A DNA stretch of 64,000 bases from Alphaproteobacteria bacterium (GTDB taxonomy: Bacteria > Pseudomonadota > Alphaproteobacteria > Micavibrionales > Micavibrionaceae), in assembly GCA_050297015.1 (NCBI GenBank), contig JBNKRZ010000013.1, forward strand, positions 3,676 to 67,675, written 5' to 3'. A model generated the notes under the pieces. The model did not search any database. It saw only the letters and a program-made list of their open reading frames with translations, and had not been told where the DNA came from. The translations under genes were made by a program, and so were the position numbers. This document shows, piece after piece, positions 19,285 to 28,151 of this stretch (positions within the stretch are counted from its first letter, which is position 1; each line of letters opens with the position of its first letter).

Positions 19285-20622
19285 CTATTCTTCTTTTAAT
19301 ACAGGTTGAAGGAATAATACGCCCATCGGTGTTCCCGCTTTTATGATAATAAGAGGTTCAATGTCTTCATTTTCCTCGTTTATAATATCAATGACGGCTC
19401 CGGATGCTTCTTCAAAACCGGCGAAGAGTTCTTCTCGTGGGTTGAGATCTTCGGTTGATTCGGTGGCTGTTTCTCCGGATACGGTAACGGTTGTGCTTCC
19501 TGCTTCCGCGATGGCCGATGTCATGCCTTCAAGGAAAGCGGCTGCGGCGGGAATAAACACACGGCGGAAGTAACGATGGTCAACATCGGTTGCCATGCCA
19601 ACATTGCTTGTTTCGGGGTCCAGGGCAATGGCATCAATGCTTTGTGAGATGCCATCAATTATAATACCTTCGAAAGAGACAACCAAGACTTCTTCTTCTA
19701 CGGAAAAGCTACCAATCAGGCGGCTACCGGCAAGCGGTCCGCTAACGAGTTGTGCCAAAACGGGCCCTTCGGCATCCGAATTTGCTTCAATTAGCAGCTG
19801 AGCATATTCAATTTCCCCTGCGGGAATAATAATTTCTTGTGCGTCTTTATCTGTATCGCTTGCTGTTGCCGTTGTTCCGGATGCCGATGAAGAAGAGGTT
19901 GCGGAGTCGCTTCCATCCTCCTCCAGAAAATCAGGAGAGGTGACCGTTAAATAGCGGGCTTCTAAAGGGGCTTGTCCTTCGAGAACGGTTTGCATTTGCG
20001 CGCCCATAGCATCGGCAAGCGCTTCTATAGCTTCGGTGTTGGCCCCCTTTGTTTCTTGTGACGTGCGCAACTTTTCCGCGGCAGCGTTACGCTGGGCTTC
20101 TTCGTCTTCTAATTGCTTTCTTTGTTCTAGTTCCTGACGTTGACGCTCGTCTTGAATGCGTCGCCAGCGTTCAAGAGGGTCTTCCTGTTTTTGTTTTTCT
20201 TCGATGTCGGGAACCGTGTCAACGGCCACTGCGAGGGGAACGGGAATAGCGCTCGTTCCTGTTGCCATGGCCTCTTCGAAACGTTTTTGGTTTTGTTCTT
20301 CTACGGCTTCACGATAGGCTTCACTAACTTCTTCCGTTCCCGGTGGTGCAGATACGTCAGACCCCGCTCTCATGACTGAGGTGTTTTCTATTACCGGCTG
20401 ATTATCGCCTCCAAACAGGACTACAGCGGCAACGATAACAAGCAAGACAGCCCCGATAGCGCCGAGTTTAACCATCGGGTTTTCATTCCACATCTCTTTG
20501 AAAGAGGAGCCGGTCTCAAACTCTTCAAAATCATCGAAATCCCCATTAGCATCGTCGTGATCGAAGTCACTATGATCCAAGGAATCATCATTATTCAGGT
20601 CATCGTTCAGATCATCATTCAT
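19285..20622 (-). CDS. dotG: DotG/IcmE (TraO/VirB10-like) T4BSS core protein
   Basis: 445 aa with an acidic N-terminus, a TM segment and a charged coiled region. C-terminal TrbI/VirB10-like domain IIIPAGEIEYAQLLIEANSDAEGPVLAQLVSGPLAGSRLIGSF...IIIKAGTPMGVLF. Start overlaps the dotH stop. Confidence 0.7.
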   Translation of the reverse strand: MNDDLNDDLNNDDSLDHSDFDHDDANGDFDDFEEFETGSSFKEMWNENPMVKLGAIGAVLLVIVAAVVLFGGDNQPVIENTSVMRAGSDVSAPPGTEEVSEAYREAVEEQNQKRFEEAMATGTSAIPVPLAVAVDTVPDIEEKQKQEDPLERWRRIQDERQRQELEQRKQLEDEEAQRNAAAEKLRTSQETKGANTEAIEALADAMGAQMQTVLEGQAPLEARYLTVTSPDFLEEDGSDSATSSSSASGTTATASDTDKDAQEIIIPAGEIEYAQLLIEANSDAEGPVLAQLVSGPLAGSRLIGSFSVEEEVLVVSFEGIIIDGISQSIDAIALDPETSNVGMATDVDHRYFRRVFIPAAAAFLEGMTSAIAEAGSTTVTVSGETATESTEDLNPREELFAGFEEASGAVIDIINEENEDIEPLIIIKAGTPMGVLFLQPVLKEE

Positions 20623-21652
20623 CAGAGCTGTTTCCTTCTTCTAGTATAGCCCGTATAATACGCCCGTTATCGGAAAGTAGAATAACAGGGGCGTTAGATA
20701 AGGCGTAGACATGCATGCCATCGGCTGATGAAACGGAACTATCCCAACCTGGTGACAGGAGTGTCAGCGGGGTTCTTACGTAAGTTTTCCCCGCGTAACT
20801 GTAGGCGCTTGTTCGCCCGTTTATACCCGATATAGAGAGCTTTTCCGCATCAGTAGGAGGGACACCGTCTAAAATCATATTAAGGAGCGAGCTTCCAGCT
20901 TTTATACTGATTCCGCCCTCGATTAACGGCGCAGAAGCCATGGGGCCGTATTCGGGGATCCGGGCATCAAAACGGTATTGTACGGTATCACGCCCTGTCT
21001 CTAGTGTGAAAATAACCGGTGTATCTAAGTCAAGAAGGCGCATGGACATGTTGCCGTGTGCAAAGTTAGAAAACGGTATTATGCGAATGATGTTACCGCC
21101 TTCTTCCGGATTTGTTATCTCAAAATTACCAGCCCAGCTCATATCCTGTATCGGCCAGGGCGAGCCTGTCACGTCCATTATGCTTACTGTTGTGACGTGA
21201 TTCGGAGCCATCTTGATAACAGGAGGGGTCGACCCCGGATCAAGCGAAACGGTTTCAACCTTAATTTCGGGGTGGGGGTACGGATAAATCGGCACTTCCA
21301 CGGCTTCCTGAACTTTATCGTATTGCTTTAGGACCTCACGGATCTCATCCGGTTCCAAAGGAAGAAGTCCTGTAACAGCCGCGTCGAAAGCCTGTTCTCG
21401 AATTTTTTTTCGTGTATTTTCTTGGGTGACGACGGCACTCTCCGGCGCCTGAGGAAGCCCGGATGTCGTTACCTGCATTTCTGGTGAACGGGGAGATACG
21501 TTTTTTGATACAGGCAATGCTGTATCTTTTAAACTAGGAGGGGCCCCTATTGTTGCACGAGAGAAACTGTCTTGTGCGAATGCATCGCTTAAGGGAAGGC
21601 CTAGAAAAGCAAAAGCCATCAGGGCAAATATTCCGGACTTTCGTGTTGTCAT
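20615..21652 (-). CDS. dotH: DotH/IcmK (TraN-like) T4BSS outer-membrane core protein
   Basis: 345 aa with a signal peptide. LDPGSTPPVIKM, DVTGSPWPI, LDGVPPTDAEKL and YVRTPLTLLSPGWDSSVSSADGMHVYAL match remembered Legionella IcmK blocks. Confidence 0.85.
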   Translation of the reverse strand: MTTRKSGIFALMAFAFLGLPLSDAFAQDSFSRATIGAPPSLKDTALPVSKNVSPRSPEMQVTTSGLPQAPESAVVTQENTRKKIREQAFDAAVTGLLPLEPDEIREVLKQYDKVQEAVEVPIYPYPHPEIKVETVSLDPGSTPPVIKMAPNHVTTVSIMDVTGSPWPIQDMSWAGNFEITNPEEGGNIIRIIPFSNFAHGNMSMRLLDLDTPVIFTLETGRDTVQYRFDARIPEYGPMASAPLIEGGISIKAGSSLLNMILDGVPPTDAEKLSISGINGRTSAYSYAGKTYVRTPLTLLSPGWDSSVSSADGMHVYALSNAPVILLSDNGRIIRAILEEGNSSDE

Positions 21653-21677
21653 GTGTTTAAGTCTCCTTGCTTATCCC

Positions 21678-22430
21678 TTAGCCGGGGGCGGCCAACCACT
21701 GTTCAATACCAATGCCGCTGGGGCTTTCCAGACGAGGGACGCGCACAACAATCATTTGGACCATTAAATTATCAGAGTTCATTTTGGGGCCGGATTGGTA
21801 TGTCACAATCATGGGGACTTGAACAACCCATTGGTAACGTCCCAGAACCAAGCCTTCTGACTGGATGACAGGTGCTCCACGTGGAGCCGCAGTTACGATT
21901 TGTTGATTCGCTTCGACTCGTTCCATCATGCGGGAAGATTGCAGGGCTGTTGTAAAGCTGTCCCAGCCCCGCTGTGTAAAGTTTCGGGATGATTCCTGTA
22001 AGCGCCGGCGGTAGTCGTTAAAGTTAAATGTCATGACTTCCGTTGCAGCTTGCGCAACCCACGACATAAGCGCCGGGGAACTTAAGTTTGGTTGAGAAAG
22101 GGGGACCATAGGGATCAGACGCCCATCTTCTGTCGTTGCAAAATAACGGTTTTCCGGTTTTTTTCCGTTCACGATAAAGAACATTATTCCGATAAGGGCT
22201 AGAACGGCGACTCCTTCAAGCAGAACAAGTTTTAAAAGTGAGCGGTATCCGTCACGGTAAAATTCGTTCCGGATCAAGACTGTACCCAAACCCTTTGTCA
22301 TATCAGAGGAGTTCCCCTCTTCTGTTTCAGCCTCTTTTTGGGGTGGCCGTGCTGCTTTCTTGGCATCCCTGATCCCAGATTTGGGCTTTGGCTGAGGGGG
22401 GGCTGTTCTCTTTTTTTGCTCTTCGGTCAT
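21678..22430 (-). CDS. dotI: DotI/IcmL (TraM-like) T4BSS inner-membrane protein
   Basis: LIRNEFYRDGYRSLLKLVLL..., YFATTEDGRLIPMVPLS and VQVPMIVTYQSG match the IcmL family. The ORF track extends to 22529; I prefer ATG at 22428-22430 (MTEEQKK...). Confidence 0.85.
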   Translation of the reverse strand: MTEEQKKRTAPPQPKPKSGIRDAKKAARPPQKEAETEEGNSSDMTKGLGTVLIRNEFYRDGYRSLLKLVLLEGVAVLALIGIMFFIVNGKKPENRYFATTEDGRLIPMVPLSQPNLSSPALMSWVAQAATEVMTFNFNDYRRRLQESSRNFTQRGWDSFTTALQSSRMMERVEANQQIVTAAPRGAPVIQSEGLVLGRYQWVVQVPMIVTYQSGPKMNSDNLMVQMIVVRVPRLESPSGIGIEQWLAAPG

Positions 22431-22602
22431 AATCTGTAGGGTCAGTTGAATTGATAAACAACGAATCTCTTTATTATGTACCAGAAAAAACCGTTCCCCT
22501 CCAAGAGCTAAAAGATAACATATCCGCAACTATCCCTGAAAAAAATGCAATGATGGGAAAAAACAGCTGGAGCCCTTTCAGGGATATGGTAGTTTTTGTG
22601 CA

Positions 22603-22649
22603 TTGTGATGTTAGAATATGTTAGAATATAAAAAGTGTATGTTAGCAAG
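22603..22649 (+). promoter_or_regulatory. Candidate promoter with tandem direct repeats upstream of the five-paralog operon
   Basis: TTGTGA (22603-22608), 18 bp, TATAAA (22627-22632). Perfect tandem GTTAGAATAT x2 (22610-22629) plus GTTAGCAAGA (22640-22649). Confidence 0.3.
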
Positions 22650-22663
22650 AGTGTTGGGAGAGC

Positions 22664-24109
22664 GTGCTCGGTGAGGGGCGCTACGGTAGGGCGTTGAAGC
22701 TTAGAATAAAAAAAGAAATATCTTGCGCGAATATTTCAGGAAGGCTGCCTGGTAAGTGGCGTTTCTGCATGTGTCTTGTTCTACTTTTGTCTTTCTTCTC
22801 TTTTTCAATGGTTCCTTTGCGGGATGTTTATGCAACAAGCTCTTCTTCCGGGGGGGGCGGCAGCGGAGGAAACCAGACGGCAGAACCCACGCATTCCAGC
22901 TCAAGCTGTAGCTCTGGCGCGCTTGCTCAGTTTTGTTTCGTGGCAGCCCTTGCCCATCTAGCAACGAGGTCAGCTATTAATAAAGCATATAGCGATACGG
23001 AAGATTATATCGCCGATGGCTTTCGTGACCATAGGCGGGATTTTATCTTGGGAGAGTTTTGGGAGAATATGGTTCTGGCCTCATTCAAGGCTATGGTCTC
23101 TGAAACGACAAGTATGTCTTTGGCCCAAGTGATGATGGCGGGCGCTTACTTTGATGCAAAACAGCAAATGAGCGTGCAACGTCTTTTTCAGACTAAAATT
23201 GCGCAGGCACATAAGGATTATTTCCCCAGTACAGGTATGTGTGTGATGGGAACCATGGCGCAAGGTCTTGCGGCGGCTAGCCGTAATGCTGAAAATACGG
23301 CATTTGTCATGAGTGAAAGGGCGCTGGAGCGTAATCTAAATAACGCTTCATCCAATGCGGCGCTGGGGGAGGGGGATGATAAATCTTCCCGGTTTTCACT
23401 TTTTAAAAGTAGGCACTGCGATCCCAGACATGGTGATGGACAATTTGTTGCGCTTTGCGGATCGACCCCCCCGGAAGGTTTTGATCGTGATGTAGATTAT
23501 ACCGCGACATTCGAGTATCCCTATACCCTTGATATAAATCTTTTTGATGCAAGTGTAACGGGGGCTGAAATGGATCTATGGGGGTTTGCTAACAATCTTT
23601 ATGGTCATGAGGTCTTTACGCCGATTCCTCCTTCTTATTTTTCTTTGGGCGATAATCAGCGGGAATATTTGAATTTGCGTTCCGTTGTTGCTAAGCGGAG
23701 TGTTGCTGAAAATTCATTTAACGCCCTTGTTTCAATGAAGGTGGCTGGGCCTCCTACGCCGTCAGGTGAAAACTATGTGCATGCTGTTTTGACGCAACTT
23801 GGTTTGTCGACGGATGAGGCTATGCATATTGTTGGTGAACGTCCGAGCTATTATGCGGCGATGGAGGTGTTAAGTAAAAAAATATACCAGGATCCCGAAT
23901 TTTACACGGATCTTTATGATAAACCTGTAAATGTTGATCGCAAGATTGCGGCGATGCGGTCTATCGGTTTGATGCAAGATATGGATATCTTTGAAAGCAA
24001 GCTGCGAAATGAAATGTTGCTTTCCATGATTCTTGAAGCGCGGCTCGATGATGCGCAGCAGGATTTGCAGGGAAGACTTGATGTCTTGCCGTCAGGAGGT
24101 AAACGTTAG
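22664..24109 (+). CDS. Paralog 1 of 5: signal-bearing protein of an unrecognised family (T4BSS-adjacent)
   Basis: 481 aa from GTG 22664 (alternative ATG 22769). N-terminal hydrophobic segment and a Ser/Gly-rich stretch. Family blocks YFDAKQQMSVQRLF, AHKDYFPSTGMCVMGT, KRSVAENSFN and GERPSYYAAMEVLSKKIYQDPEFYTDLYDKPVNVDRK. Confidence 0.8.
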   Translation: MLGEGRYGRALKLRIKKEISCANISGRLPGKWRFCMCLVLLLSFFSFSMVPLRDVYATSSSSGGGGSGGNQTAEPTHSSSSCSSGALAQFCFVAALAHLATRSAINKAYSDTEDYIADGFRDHRRDFILGEFWENMVLASFKAMVSETTSMSLAQVMMAGAYFDAKQQMSVQRLFQTKIAQAHKDYFPSTGMCVMGTMAQGLAAASRNAENTAFVMSERALERNLNNASSNAALGEGDDKSSRFSLFKSRHCDPRHGDGQFVALCGSTPPEGFDRDVDYTATFEYPYTLDINLFDASVTGAEMDLWGFANNLYGHEVFTPIPPSYFSLGDNQREYLNLRSVVAKRSVAENSFNALVSMKVAGPPTPSGENYVHAVLTQLGLSTDEAMHIVGERPSYYAAMEVLSKKIYQDPEFYTDLYDKPVNVDRKIAAMRSIGLMQDMDIFESKLRNEMLLSMILEARLDDAQQDLQGRLDVLPSGGKR

Positions 24110-25434
24110 TGCTGGGGCGTATTTTAAAGCCAGAGCTGGGAATAGATAAGAAGAGAAGCTTTGATAGGCTTGTCTTTTTCTCTCTTTTTATTTTTCTTTC
24201 TACGGTTTCTTACAGCCGTCCGGGTTATTCTTGTACGACATGCAGTATGATTTATTGTGAAGCCTCTAATACGGCAGATTTTGTCACTGAAGAACACAAT
24301 TATATTCGTGAGTATATGGGACCGGAATTTAATGACCTTGAGACCTTTATTCAGGATATTCTTGTCGAGAGATATATTTTACCGATGATTGATGCGCTTG
24401 CGACCCCTTCCCCCGCGTTATCGGCTTATTCTATGGGGATTATCGGGACGTTTTTTGATGCGAAAAACCAGTTGGAAGTCGAACGTATGTTTCAAGAGCT
24501 TTCTGCTGAAGCGCATAAAGATTATTTGCCCAGTGTCGGTGTTTGTAAGGTCGGAACCCTTATCCGCTCTTTGGCTGCCGCGGAGCAGACGGGGGGGGAG
24601 ACCGTTTCGATTTTAGCTAAACGTTCTCTGGATCGTCATTTGGGACGCGTGAATAGTGCCGCTTCTGAAGGGGTGAAAGAGGACGTGGAGTCCCGTTTTG
24701 AGCAGTTTCGAAATATTTACTGTAAGGGCAGTGATTTTGGCGCGGATTTCGCGCCCTTATGTTTAGGGACAAATCCTGCGCGCTATAATCGTGATGTTGA
24801 TTATGGTTTAACGGTTGATGATGCCATGACGTTGAATATTGCTTTTGGGGATTCAACCCTTAACGATACGGAAGAAGATATTTGGGCTTTATCTAACAAC
24901 CTTTATGGTTCCCGTGTTTTGCAGCGTATACCGGAAGTGTTCTTCCTGGATGAGGATAAGCAGCAAGCTATTTTGGATCAGCGTTCTGTTATTGCCAAGC
25001 GTAGTGTTGCGGAGAATTCATTTAATACGATTGTTGGTATGAAGACGCCGGGGTCGCTTGAGAGTGCTGATGCTTCCGGGGTTAATACGACAGGTTATAT
25101 GAATGTGGTGTTGGAGCAATTGGGAATTGCGGCGGATGAGGCCACTCACATATATGGTGAGCGCCCCAGTTATTATGCCCAGATGGATTTTTTGACGAAA
25201 AAAGTTTATCAGGACCCGAATTTCTATACGAACTTATATGATACGCCTGTGAATATTGATCGGAAACGGGTGACACTTCAGGCCATTGGTTTGATGCAGG
25301 ATTTTGATACGTTGGAGAGTTATTTGAGGACGGAAGCCATGCTTTCTGTTCTTTTGGAGTTGGAAGTGAATAAGTTGCAACGGAATGTGCAGGGAGATCT
25401 TTCAACGTGGACGACATCGGGGAAAAGGAATTAG
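24109..25434 (+). CDS. Paralog 2 of 5, same family
   Basis: 441 aa. GTG start overlaps the stop of paralog 1 by 1 nt. Blocks FFDAKNQLEVERMF, AHKDYLPSVGVCKVGT, KRSVAENSFN and GERPSYYAQMDFLTKKVYQDPNFYTNLYDTPVNIDRK. Confidence 0.85.
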   Translation: MLGRILKPELGIDKKRSFDRLVFFSLFIFLSTVSYSRPGYSCTTCSMIYCEASNTADFVTEEHNYIREYMGPEFNDLETFIQDILVERYILPMIDALATPSPALSAYSMGIIGTFFDAKNQLEVERMFQELSAEAHKDYLPSVGVCKVGTLIRSLAAAEQTGGETVSILAKRSLDRHLGRVNSAASEGVKEDVESRFEQFRNIYCKGSDFGADFAPLCLGTNPARYNRDVDYGLTVDDAMTLNIAFGDSTLNDTEEDIWALSNNLYGSRVLQRIPEVFFLDEDKQQAILDQRSVIAKRSVAENSFNTIVGMKTPGSLESADASGVNTTGYMNVVLEQLGIAADEATHIYGERPSYYAQMDFLTKKVYQDPNFYTNLYDTPVNIDRKRVTLQAIGLMQDFDTLESYLRTEAMLSVLLELEVNKLQRNVQGDLSTWTTSGKRN

Positions 25435-25453
25435 AAAAAGGAATTCTGTGCGG

Positions 25454-26767
25454 ATGATGCGATTTTGTCTGAAACATAAAAGTAAAAATATCTGTCGGGC
25501 TTTTGGGGCTTTGATGATGTTTGTTCTTTTGTGTGTCGTTTTGTCATCTGCGGCGAAAGCTGATTGTTCTTCCAGTAGGTGGGATGATCGCCAGGATCAG
25601 ATTAAAGATAATCGCGAAGATTTAATTGACTTTATTATCGCGCAATTTCGTCAGCACGAAATATGGTGGGTCGGTAATGATGGTGACCCGGGTAGAGAAG
25701 ATTTTTGGAATGATCATATATATCCGGCGTTGCACGACATTCCGCGCCATCTTTTTATGGTTGGTGAATATCAGGTTTTGGGCGTTGGTATGTTGTTTGA
25801 CGGCAAGCATCAAGTTGAAAGCGAGATGATATTTTCAAATATGGCGGCTGAGGCTCAAAAGGAATATCAGCCGAGCATGGGGATGTGTGCCATCGGTACG
25901 AATACACGTTCTCTTGCTGAAACGGAACGAAAGGCCCGTTATGTGACGGCTGTTCTGGGAAAGCGGGCTATGGATCGTCATTTGGGGAATGTAAATGTTA
26001 ACGCCGCAGCAGGAGCAAAAGAAGATAGCAATGGGCGGTTGGCTTTGTTCAAGGCTCGTTATTGTGATCTAGGGGATAATAATAACGGTTTGTCTGTTTT
26101 GTGCGATGGTGCGGCCGCGCCCGCGGCAACTCAAAACAAAGATGTTAGTTATTTTCAAACAATGGAAATGCCGAGAACACTGGAGCTTGATTTTGCTGCC
26201 AGTGAAACGGGTGACGAAATAGATGTTATCGCTCTGGAGAATAACCTTTACGGTCATGATGTGTTTACACGCCCTTCCCGTTATATTCTGGATGTGAAAG
26301 CCAATCAGGACGAGTACATGGATTTGCGCGCTCTTTTGGCTAAACGCAGCGTAGCAGAGTATTCCTTTAATAAGATCGCAGGGATGAAAGCCGCAGGATC
26401 GGAAATCGGGCAGCAAACGGGGGTTTTCGCACGTAATGCTCTTAAGCAACTGGCCGGAATAAATGATGATGAGGCCGTTACGATACTTGGTGAGCGCCCC
26501 AGTTATTATGCCCAGATGGAAATATTGGCGCAGAAGCTTTATCAAGACCCTGAATTTTATACGAGTCTCTATGATAAACCGGCAAATGTTTTGCGAAAAG
26601 ATGTCGCAATGCAGGCCATTAATTTGATGTTGGATCGTGATACTTACAACAGTGAATTGCGTTACGAGGCGATGTTAGCGGTTTTGCTCGAAATGGATGT
26701 AGAAAGACGTCAGAAGAAAAAAGAGAGCCGCCGCACGGCAATATCATCTCAAGGGAAAGGGCACTAA
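25454..26767 (+). CDS. Paralog 3 of 5, same family
   Basis: The ORF track starts at 25385, overlapping paralog 2. I prefer ATG 25454 (MMRFCLKHK..., followed by a signal peptide ending AAKA). Blocks LFDGKHQVESEMIF, AQKEYQPSMGMCAIGT, KRSVAEYSFN and GERPSYYAQMEILAQKLYQDPEFYTSLYDKPANVLRK. Confidence 0.8.
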   Translation: MMRFCLKHKSKNICRAFGALMMFVLLCVVLSSAAKADCSSSRWDDRQDQIKDNREDLIDFIIAQFRQHEIWWVGNDGDPGREDFWNDHIYPALHDIPRHLFMVGEYQVLGVGMLFDGKHQVESEMIFSNMAAEAQKEYQPSMGMCAIGTNTRSLAETERKARYVTAVLGKRAMDRHLGNVNVNAAAGAKEDSNGRLALFKARYCDLGDNNNGLSVLCDGAAAPAATQNKDVSYFQTMEMPRTLELDFAASETGDEIDVIALENNLYGHDVFTRPSRYILDVKANQDEYMDLRALLAKRSVAEYSFNKIAGMKAAGSEIGQQTGVFARNALKQLAGINDDEAVTILGERPSYYAQMEILAQKLYQDPEFYTSLYDKPANVLRKDVAMQAINLMLDRDTYNSELRYEAMLAVLLEMDVERRQKKKESRRTAISSQGKGH

Positions 26768-26768
26768 G

Positions 26769-28151
26769 TTGACGACGGGGCGTTCAAAAAGCTTTGATAG
26801 CAAGAAAAGAGGGGGCTTTAAAGGGCGTCTTTTGCGCGCGCTTTTGATCATTGGGCTTGTGATGAGTTTGATGTTCGGAGGCTGGGCTGTGCAGAAAAAA
26901 GCAGAGGCATGGTCTATTTGTCCCTGTGACTGTAATTTTGCGTGTTCACCGGTTGCGCACGGGATATTTGTTCTTTATATGCTGGCACAGCATGCGGCGA
27001 CACGTCTCTATTTTGATGTTTTAATGACATGGCATGAGTGGTGGCTCGAATACTATGTTTTTGATCTGCTTATTAGTCCCCCTCTTCATCATTTCCAAAC
27101 TCAGATTACCACATTGATGGCGAACCAGATGTTTATTTTGGGGGGCTTTTTCGATGCCAGCAATCAATTGGAAACGCAACAACTCTTCGCCCGTTTAACG
27201 GCTAAGGCCCATAAGGATTATCGTGTCAGTGTTGAAATGTGTACCTTTGGCACAAACGTACGGGCTTTGGCGGCGACGGATCGTAATGTGCGTTCATGGG
27301 CGCTCTTTTTTAGCAAGTACAATGTCAAACGTCAGACGGGGGCGTTGAACAATAACGCAGCTCAAGGGCCTAAAGAGGATCGGGAAGGTCGTTTGGCGCT
27401 CTTTAAACAAGATTTTTGTGATAAAGATGATAATAACCGGGTGTATGTTGGTGATGCGGATACCGGGTTTGCTACGATTTGTGCGGATGCAGATTTTTCT
27501 ACGCGGAACAAAGATGTTGATTTTACAAATACCGTAGCTTTGCCTAAGACGCTTGATGCGGTTCTTCTTGATGTGGATATTGATGATGGTTTGCATGATG
27601 ATGAGCGTAATATTTTGGCTTTGCAAAGTCATCTTTACGGTCACGATGTGTTTACGCGGCCGACCCGTTATATTATGGAGATTGAAAAAAATCAGGGGCG
27701 CTATATGGATTTGCGGTCGGTTCTTGCAAAACGCAGTGTTGCTCAGAATTCATTTGATGCGCTTGTCGCGATGAAAGCGCGCGGACCATTGGCAAGTGAG
27801 GATACCGCAGGGTATATGGGGGGTATCCTGCAGGAACTGGGGCTTTCTACATCGGAAGTTGATGCGATTATTGGTGAGCGGCCGAGTTATCTCGCGCAAA
27901 TGGAAGTATTAGCCAAAAAGATATATCAAAATCCTGAATTTTATGTGGGGCTTTATGATTCTCCGGTGAATGTTCGCCGAAAAAGTGCGGCAATGCAGGC
28001 GATTAAAATGATGCTGGATCGTGACATATATGAAAGTTATATGCGCAGCGAAGCGATTATGTCCGTCTTGTTGGAAACAAGACTTTTGGGCAAGCATGAT
28101 GAAGTGGAAAATCGGTTGCAAAACATGGAAGTGGGGGCGCTCGCACCATGA
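26769..28151 (+). CDS. Paralog 4 of 5, same family
   Basis: 460 aa with a TTG start 1 nt after the paralog 3 stop. Blocks FFDASNQLETQQLF, AHKDYRVSVEMCTFGT, KRSVAQNSFD and GERPSYLAQMEVLAKKIYQNPEFYVGLYDSPVNVRRK. Confidence 0.8.
   Translation: MTTGRSKSFDSKKRGGFKGRLLRALLIIGLVMSLMFGGWAVQKKAEAWSICPCDCNFACSPVAHGIFVLYMLAQHAATRLYFDVLMTWHEWWLEYYVFDLLISPPLHHFQTQITTLMANQMFILGGFFDASNQLETQQLFARLTAKAHKDYRVSVEMCTFGTNVRALAATDRNVRSWALFFSKYNVKRQTGALNNNAAQGPKEDREGRLALFKQDFCDKDDNNRVYVGDADTGFATICADADFSTRNKDVDFTNTVALPKTLDAVLLDVDIDDGLHDDERNILALQSHLYGHDVFTRPTRYIMEIEKNQGRYMDLRSVLAKRSVAQNSFDALVAMKARGPLASEDTAGYMGGILQELGLSTSEVDAIIGERPSYLAQMEVLAKKIYQNPEFYVGLYDSPVNVRRKSAAMQAIKMMLDRDIYESYMRSEAIMSVLLETRLLGKHDEVENRLQNMEVGALAP

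Noticed and set aside
25385-25453. The 5' extension of paralog 3 that overlaps paralog 2 by 50 nt
   Set aside because: The extension is highly basic with no signal-like sequence. The ATG at 25454 lies just after the paralog 2 stop and immediately precedes the signal peptide, consistent with the other family members.
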